Part shown: piece after piece, positions 59,434-64,000 of the stretch | Position numbering within the stretch: position 1 is the first letter of the stretch | How the letters are laid out: each line of letters starts with the position of its first letter | DNA from: Limnochordales bacterium | GTDB lineage: Bacteria; Bacillota; Limnochordia; Limnochordales; ZCTH02-B6 | Reading direction: 5' to 3' | Length of the DNA stretch: 64,000 nt | Assembly (NCBI GenBank): GCA_035304545.1 | Contig: DATGPV010000050.1 | Coordinates: forward strand, 6,773 to 70,772 | Notes under the pieces: model-generated | Database searches by the model: none | What the model saw: the letters and a program-made list of their open reading frames with translations, nothing else | Told to the model about the DNA's origin: nothing | Position numbers and translations under genes: made by a program

Positions 59434-60135
59434 GTGGCAACCAGGTGGCGCAAGGCGTGGGGTCCCGTGCTGGTGGCGGTCCTTTTGTGGGCAGCGGCCG
59501 CCGGCCTGGCGCAGGCGCAGGGCGCGAGCGAGAAAGCGGGGGAAACCGGCGGCTCGCGGGAACCGGTCTTCCTGGACATTTTGGATGAGGACGCCCTGCT
59601 CTTGGTGACCCGCAGCGAGGGGCGGGATGTGGTGCGGGTCCTGGGCCGCAGCCAGGTGCGGCACAAGCGGCGCACCGTGTGGTTCGACCAGATGGAATAC
59701 CATGAAGACGCGAACTGGGCTGTCCTCACGGGCGCGGTGCAGCTCGTGGACGAGGGCGAAGATCCGCTGCACCTGACTGCGGATTACATGGAGCTGGACC
59801 TGGACTCGGAAACTGCTTTCGCGCGGGGCAACGTGCAGTTTGTCCAGGAAGCAGCCGAGGGCAGCTCCGACGTGCTCCACTACGGCGAGTACAGCCGCCT
59901 GCAGCCGTTCATACAGGAGGAGCTGGCGGCCCGCCAGGCCGCGCCCGCGGCGCTGGAGGCGGCCCTGGCCCAGTTCCGGCCCGATGATGCGGTCTTGATC
60001 CTTATCGGCAACGTGCAGATGTACGACGGCGACCGGGAGTTTGCCGCCGAGTTCGTCGTGTACAACATCCGCACGGAATCCCTCGTGTCGGTGGGCCGCA
60101 GCGCCGCCCGGCTGCCCGGGCCCCAGGACGACTAA
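59434..60135 (+). CDS. lptA: LptA-like periplasmic LPS transport protein (OstA N-terminal domain)
   Basis: Cleavable signal (AVLLWAAAAGLAQAQG), LTGAVQLVDEGEDPLHLTADYMELDLDSETAFARGNVQFV. Start GTG 59434 (better RBS spacing) or 59425. Confidence 0.65.
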   Translation: MATRWRKAWGPVLVAVLLWAAAAGLAQAQGASEKAGETGGSREPVFLDILDEDALLLVTRSEGRDVVRVLGRSQVRHKRRTVWFDQMEYHEDANWAVLTGAVQLVDEGEDPLHLTADYMELDLDSETAFARGNVQFVQEAAEGSSDVLHYGEYSRLQPFIQEELAARQAAPAALEAALAQFRPDDAVLILIGNVQMYDGDREFAAEFVVYNIRTESLVSVGRSAARLPGPQDD

Positions 60136-60145
60136 CGGCCGACGA

Positions 60146-60199
60146 CCGGCGGGGGACCACCGGCGGGCGGCCCAGGCGTGGGTGGTCCCCGCAGGCCGG
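60146..60199 (+). terminator. Strong hairpin after lptA (GGGGACCACC / GGTGGTCCCC, flanked by CCGGC/GCCGG), no U-tract
   Basis: 10-bp perfect stem at 60152-60161 / 60181-60190, read from the sequence. Possible U-tract-less terminator or RNA stabiliser. Confidence 0.3.
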
Positions 60200-60260
60200 G
60201 GCGGGCGCCATGTTCTGCCCGCCCTGGCACCAACTCCAAGGCCAGCCTTTCATAGCTGTA

Positions 60261-60269
60261 TGTTATAAT
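60261..60269 (+). promoter_or_regulatory. Extended -10 promoter element TGTTATAAT upstream of the ABC module / lpxC
   Basis: TGTTATAAT at 60261-60269, about 85 nt before ATG 60355. No convincing -35. Confidence 0.4.
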
Positions 60270-60354
60270 CGGCCTGCGCGGGGCGCGGCCCTACCAGGGG
60301 CCCGGCTCCGGCAAGCCGCAGCGACAGCGGCGTCGGAAGGCTGGTTTCGCTCCC

Positions 60355-62529
60355 ATGTCCCTGTTTCGCGACGCCTTTTGGCGGGAATATGCCTTGGTGG
60401 TGCTGATGACCATCCTGCTGGGCGCGGGCGGCGCCGCTGCCGGGGCCAGCGCGTTGGACGCGGCCTTGGGCGACGCGGCCCGGGGCCTTTTGGGAGAAGC
60501 CGGCCAGTACCACCTCATCGTGCACGTGCGCCAGGGCTACCGGGCAGCCGCCGCCCGGGAACTGGAGCGGCTCATGGCCGCCCACGGGCCCGCCGCCGTC
60601 CTCCACGAGGGGGTTACCGTGGCCGGCAACGCCAACTTTTTCCTGGCCCTGCCCCCGGAACAGGTGCGCCAACCGGTGCTGGAGGAGCTGGTGGCCCGGC
60701 TGGGGGAAGTGCCTGGCTTCAACGGCTACACGTGGCTCCTGGAGCCGAGCCTGACCGTGAGCGGCCTGCGGCCGGGCGTGCAGGCGCTGGTGGCCCGGGA
60801 GGCCGCAGCCTTGGCGGGCGTCCGCCTGGCGGTGCGCCACGGGTCCAGCGTGACGGTGCTGTTGGAGAGCCTAAACCACCAGCGGCCGGTGGCGGCCGCT
60901 CTCAAAGCCCTGGTGGAAGGGCGCCAAGTGGCCGAAGTGCGCTGGCCCGGCCGCGGGGAAGGGGACCCGGCCTCCGTGGTGGCCGCGGTCCGGGCCGCCC
61001 TGGGCCCGGAGTTTCTCGCCGATGTGACGTCTCCCGACGAGGCGGGGGAAACGCGGCAAGCCCTGGCGGCCTTGCGGGACTGGCTGGCGGGGCTGGCGGC
61101 CCGGGTGCAAGTCACGCCGGGGCCCGGGGCATCCCCGCTGGCGGCCGGGGAACGGGTGGTGCTGCAAGGCCCGGCTCCCGCGCCGCCGGAGCCCGGTCAG
61201 CCTCCGGAACCGCAGCATCTCATCGTGGAGATGGCGGCCGCGGAAGACGGGGAGTTGGTGGGCCGCATCGTCCACGGCGATTTTCCCCCGCCCGGGGCTG
61301 AGCCCGGGAACGGGGCCGAAGGTGAGCTCGGTCAAGGGGGCCTTGGGGCTGGTGCCCGGCCGGCGGGCACGGCCTTTCGCCTGGTGGACGGGGTCGTGGG
61401 GCCGCCGGTGGGTGAAGCCGTGCTGGTCAGTCCCCGCTGGGCCTTGGCCGCCGGCGGCGGGCCGGATCCGGCGGCCGGACAGTCGTGGGACCAGTTGGTG
61501 CAGGCCGCCCGGGAGGCCGCGGAGCAGCTGGCGGCCGTGGTGGACCTGTTGGCGCCGGCCGCCGCCAGCGCCGACACGGGCCAGCAGGCCCAGCGGCTGG
61601 CCCGCGCGCTGCGGGCCGGCGACGGCGCGTCCGCGGTGCGGGAGGCGCTGTTGGGAGTGGTCCTCACGGCTCTGCTGCGGGCCGGGCAGGCAAGCGGTGA
61701 CGATCCTGGGGTGGAGCCGGCGGAGGCGGGCCATCCGGCGGGCGGCGACGGTGCCGGCGACCGGGCCGGTGTTGCGGCGCAGCTGGCGGCGCTGCACCAG
61801 AGCCTGACCCGGCTGGCGGAAGCCGCCGAGGGGCTCCAGGAGGCCGCGGGCCAGGGGGGCTTGGCGGCCGTCTTTGACATCCAGGGCCGGCTTCTGCAGC
61901 TGCGGGACGATGAGCTCACGCGCCTGTGGCAGGCGGTGGAAGGGGCCGCCGGGGGACCCGCCGCGGGACAGCGGGTGGAGCTCCTGGTGAGCGGGAGCGT
62001 GCCCGCGGCCCGGCTGGAGCAGGTGGTGCGGCAAGCGGCCGGCGAGGAGGCGGTGGTGATCATCACCGCCGCGGGCGTCGTCGCGCCCAGCCCCCGCGCC
62101 TTGGTGCTGGAGCTGCTCCAGGATGTGCGCCGGTCCGTCGCAGGTTTGGGGGCCTTGCTGGCAGCCGCGGCGGCCCTGGTGCTGGACCACGCTACGGTGC
62201 TGGCGGCCCTGGGCCGGTTGGGCTGCTCCCGGCGGGCAGTGGCCGCCGTGGGCGCGGGCTTGGGCGTCCTGCTGCTGGGCGGCATCTACGGCTTGAGCGG
62301 TGCCGCGATCCCGGGGGCCGGGCCGGGGGTGGTGGCGGCGGCCGGCGCCGGGCTGGGCGTGGCCGTCGCGCTGTTGGCCGAGCGGCTGAGTCCCGTCCGG
62401 CCCGACGAAATCATGGCGGGCCAGGCCCTCGGCCTTTCCGACGGTCAGATCTTGCGGGAGATCGTGGTGCCCGTGGGCCGGCCGGGGCTTTTGTCCCTGG
62501 TCAACCGCTGGCGGCGGCAATTCCGGTGA
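60355..62529 (+). CDS. Unknown 724-aa membrane protein: N-terminal TM, about 560-aa Ala/Gly/Glu/Leu-rich ectodomain, 3 C-terminal TMs and C-terminal EAA-type ABC coupling motif
   Basis: TM1 is ALVVLMTILLGAGGAAAGA. The C-terminal block from residue 594 has three hydrophobic helices, then DEIMAGQALGLSDGQILREIVVPVGRPGLLSLVN. That segment matches the EAA loop of polar-amino-acid ABC permeases (EAAxALGxSxxQxFxxVxLPxAxRxxLPxLxN). The protein stops 6 residues after the motif, so the usual last two TMs are absent. Confidence 0.6.
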   Translation: MSLFRDAFWREYALVVLMTILLGAGGAAAGASALDAALGDAARGLLGEAGQYHLIVHVRQGYRAAAARELERLMAAHGPAAVLHEGVTVAGNANFFLALPPEQVRQPVLEELVARLGEVPGFNGYTWLLEPSLTVSGLRPGVQALVAREAAALAGVRLAVRHGSSVTVLLESLNHQRPVAAALKALVEGRQVAEVRWPGRGEGDPASVVAAVRAALGPEFLADVTSPDEAGETRQALAALRDWLAGLAARVQVTPGPGASPLAAGERVVLQGPAPAPPEPGQPPEPQHLIVEMAAAEDGELVGRIVHGDFPPPGAEPGNGAEGELGQGGLGAGARPAGTAFRLVDGVVGPPVGEAVLVSPRWALAAGGGPDPAAGQSWDQLVQAAREAAEQLAAVVDLLAPAAASADTGQQAQRLARALRAGDGASAVREALLGVVLTALLRAGQASGDDPGVEPAEAGHPAGGDGAGDRAGVAAQLAALHQSLTRLAEAAEGLQEAAGQGGLAAVFDIQGRLLQLRDDELTRLWQAVEGAAGGPAAGQRVELLVSGSVPAARLEQVVRQAAGEEAVVIITAAGVVAPSPRALVLELLQDVRRSVAGLGALLAAAAALVLDHATVLAALGRLGCSRRAVAAVGAGLGVLLLGGIYGLSGAAIPGAGPGVVAAAGAGLGVAVALLAERLSPVRPDEIMAGQALGLSDGQILREIVVPVGRPGLLSLVNRWRRQFR

Positions 62530-62548
62530 GGAGTCGGGGAGGCAGGCC

Positions 62549-63280
62549 GTGCTGCTGCACGTGGATCGGGTTCAGAAACGCTACGGGCCGCGGGTGGCCT
62601 TGGCCGGGGTGAGCCTCACCGTCGCGCCCGGCGAGACCGTGGTGGTCATGGGCCCCAGCGGGTGCGGCAAGTCGACGCTCTTGCGCTGCATCAACCGCCT
62701 CACGGACTGGGACGCGGGCGAGATCTACTTCGCCGGGAAACCCATCGGGCCCATGGACGGCGCGGCGGTGCGGGCCCTGCGCCGCCAAATGGGCTTTGTG
62801 TTTCAGCATTTCCACCTCATCGAACGCCTCACCGTGTTGGACAACGTCCTCCTGGGCCTTGTCCTGGGCGGCATGCCCCGGGACGAGGCCGAGGAGCGGG
62901 CCCGGGCCGCTTTGGCCCGGGTGCACCTCGCGGGCGAGGAGGCGCGGCGGCCCGCGGAGCTGTCAGGCGGGCAGCGCCAGCGGGTGGCCATTGCCCGCGC
63001 CCTCGCGCTGGACCCGCCCCTCATGCTGTGGGATGAGCCCACCGCCGCCCTGGATCCCATCCTGGTGGCGGAAGTGCTGGAGGTCATGGAAGATCTGGCC
63101 CGCAGCAAGAGCACCGGCATGCTGGTGGTGACCCACGAGGTGGGGTTCGCGCTGCGGGCCGCGGACCGGGTGGTGCTCCTGGAGGAGGGCGCCGTGGTGG
63201 ACGAAGGCCCGCCTGAACAGGTCTTCGGCCGGCCCAGGACCGCCCTGGCCCAGCGCTACGCGCGCCTATTGGCGTCCTAA
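62549..63280 (+). CDS. ABC transporter ATP-binding protein, polar-amino-acid (GlnQ/HisP/ArtP)-type
   Basis: GPSGCGKSTLLRCINRL Walker A, FVFQHFHLIERLTVLDNV Q-loop, LSGGQRQRVAIARAL, LMLWDEPTAALDP, VVTHEVGFA. All catalytic motifs are intact. It lacks the LptB-type motifs GPNGAGKTT / LSGGERRR / DHN. Confidence 0.93.
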   Translation: MLLHVDRVQKRYGPRVALAGVSLTVAPGETVVVMGPSGCGKSTLLRCINRLTDWDAGEIYFAGKPIGPMDGAAVRALRRQMGFVFQHFHLIERLTVLDNVLLGLVLGGMPRDEAEERARAALARVHLAGEEARRPAELSGGQRQRVAIARALALDPPLMLWDEPTAALDPILVAEVLEVMEDLARSKSTGMLVVTHEVGFALRAADRVVLLEEGAVVDEGPPEQVFGRPRTALAQRYARLLAS

Positions 63281-63399
63281 AGGGCGGGCCCGCCCTCAGG
63301 GTGCGCGGCTCGCCGGCCGCGGGCGGCGGTGCCCAGGTCCGGCGGCCAAGAGGGAAAGGGGGCCTGAGGGCGAACCTGTTCCCGGAAGGAGCGTGCCCC

Positions 63400-64000
63400 A
63401 TGGCGTGGCAGACCACCCTGGGCAAGCCGGTTTCCTTGACGGGGACGGGGCTGCACAGCGGCAAGCCCTGCCGCCTGACGCTGCAGCCGGCGCCAGCGGG
63501 GACAGGGCTCGTCTGGCAGCGGGTGGATTTGGACGGCTGGCCCCAGATCCCGGCCACCGTGGACCACGTGGCCGGCACCGAACGGGCGACCACCCTGGCC
63601 CAGGGCGAGGCCCGGGTGCAGACGGTGGAACACGTCTTGGCGGCCTTGGCCGGCATGGGCGTGGACAACGCCGTGCTGCAGGTAGATGCTGCCGAGCCTC
63701 CCTTGGCCGATGGGGCCGCCGCGGCCTTCGTGGACCTGGTGCGGGAGGCGGGCGTGGTGGCGCTGGACGTGCCCCGGCGGGTGCGGCGGGTGACCCGCCC
63801 GGTGGCGGTTTCCCGGGGTGACGCCCACATCGTGGCCTTGCCCGCGGATCGGCTGCGGATTGCCAGCGTCTTCGTCTCGGACCACCCGGCCTTGGGGACC
63901 CAGTTTGCCGAGTACACCATAGATGCCGACACCTTTGCCGCGGAGATCGCGCCGGCCCGCACCGTGGGCTGGCTGGAGGAAGTGGAGGCCCTGCGGCGGC
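63400..64000 (+). CDS. lpxC: UDP-3-O-acyl-N-acetylglucosamine deacetylase (5' part; continues past window end)
   Basis: Own translation from ATG 63400: MAWQTTLGKPVSLTGTGLHSGKPCRLTLQPAPAGTGLVWQRVDL...TVEHVLAALAGMGVDNAVLQVDAAEPPLADGAAAAFVDLV, collinear with the LpxC N-domain. GGAAGGAG RBS. Not in the ORF track (no stop in window). Confidence 0.93.
   Translation, partial: MAWQTTLGKPVSLTGTGLHSGKPCRLTLQPAPAGTGLVWQRVDLDGWPQIPATVDHVAGTERATTLAQGEARVQTVEHVLAALAGMGVDNAVLQVDAAEPPLADGAAAAFVDLVREAGVVALDVPRRVRRVTRPVAVSRGDAHIVALPADRLRIASVFVSDHPALGTQFAEYTIDADTFAAEIAPARTVGWLEEVEALRR

Noticed and set aside
56185-59880. 1231-aa ORF on the minus strand spanning lptD, lptC and lptA
   Set aside because: The translation is Arg/Pro/Gly/Ala low-complexity with no recognisable motif. 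It is exactly antisense to plus-strand frames that carry clear LptD/LptC/LptA signatures. This is a typical GC-driven shadow ORF.
60355-62529. Classifying the 724-aa protein as an FtsX/MacB-type (type VII) permease
   Set aside because: The 1+3 TM topology and an 'ALGRLGCSRRAV' stretch look superficially FtsX-like. But the C-terminal motif matches the type-I importer EAA loop much better, and the partner ATPase is GlnQ-type rather than FtsE/LolD-type. It is left unassigned.
62549-63280. Calling the ABC ATPase lptB because it lies downstream of lptC-lptA
   Set aside because: Its motifs are those of polar-amino-acid importer ATPases (GPSGCGKSTLLRCIN, LSGGQRQRVAIARAL, WDEPTAALDP, VTHEVGFA). They are not those of LptB (GPNGAGKTT, LSGGERRR, DEPFAGVDP, DHN). 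It is kept as a generic ABC ATPase.

Overview
Very GC-rich 64-kb chromosomal segment, almost all G/C at third codon positions and coded almost entirely on the + strand. I found no mobile elements, CRISPR arrays, rRNA or obvious defence islands. The many long ORFs lying antisense to real genes are GC-driven shadow ORFs.

The backbone has Bacillus/Clostridia-type (Firmicutes) gene order: ackA, guaB, folP-folK, darA, spmAB, tRNA-Leu, codY, hflX, prfA-prmC-ywlC(tsaC)-ywlE-rpiB-upp, tagO/wecA-mnaA/wecB, a complete atpZ-I-B-E-F-H-A-G-D-C operon, a class B PBP, a YwmB-like gene, a SpoIIQ-like M23 protein, spoIIID, mreB/mbl, and flgF/flgG (flhO/flhP position).

Directly after flgG, from about 44.8 kb to the window end, comes a Gram-negative-type envelope block:
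- flgA-flgH-flgI plus a rod-binding FlgJ-like gene (L/P rings)
- a SpoIVB-like S55 peptidase
- bamA-skp-lpxD
- a small beta-barrel OMP candidate
- one lptF/G-family permease, lptD, lptC and lptA
- an unusual two-gene ABC module
- lpxC, cut by the window end

Sporulation genes together with LPS, BAM and L/P-ring genes mark a diderm Firmicute. The GC-richness suggests something Limnochordia-like, but that is inference only.

The most novel-looking item is the ABC module at 60355-63280, between lptA and lpxC. It is a 724-aa protein with one N-terminal TM, a roughly 560-aa ectodomain of no family I recognise, three C-terminal TMs, and an importer-type EAA coupling motif right at its C-terminus. 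It is paired with an intact GlnQ/HisP-type ATPase, in the position where lptB normally sits.

Secondary leads:
- a perfect consensus promoter plus a roughly 175-nt multi-hairpin leader in front of codY
- 19-nt tandem repeats plus a terminator-like hairpin immediately upstream of the bamA ribosome-binding site
- a Cys-free (non-lipoprotein) FlgH
- several unannotated small Cys-rich ORFs

All functional calls rest on my reading of the translated ORFs against remembered family motifs. No database search was run.
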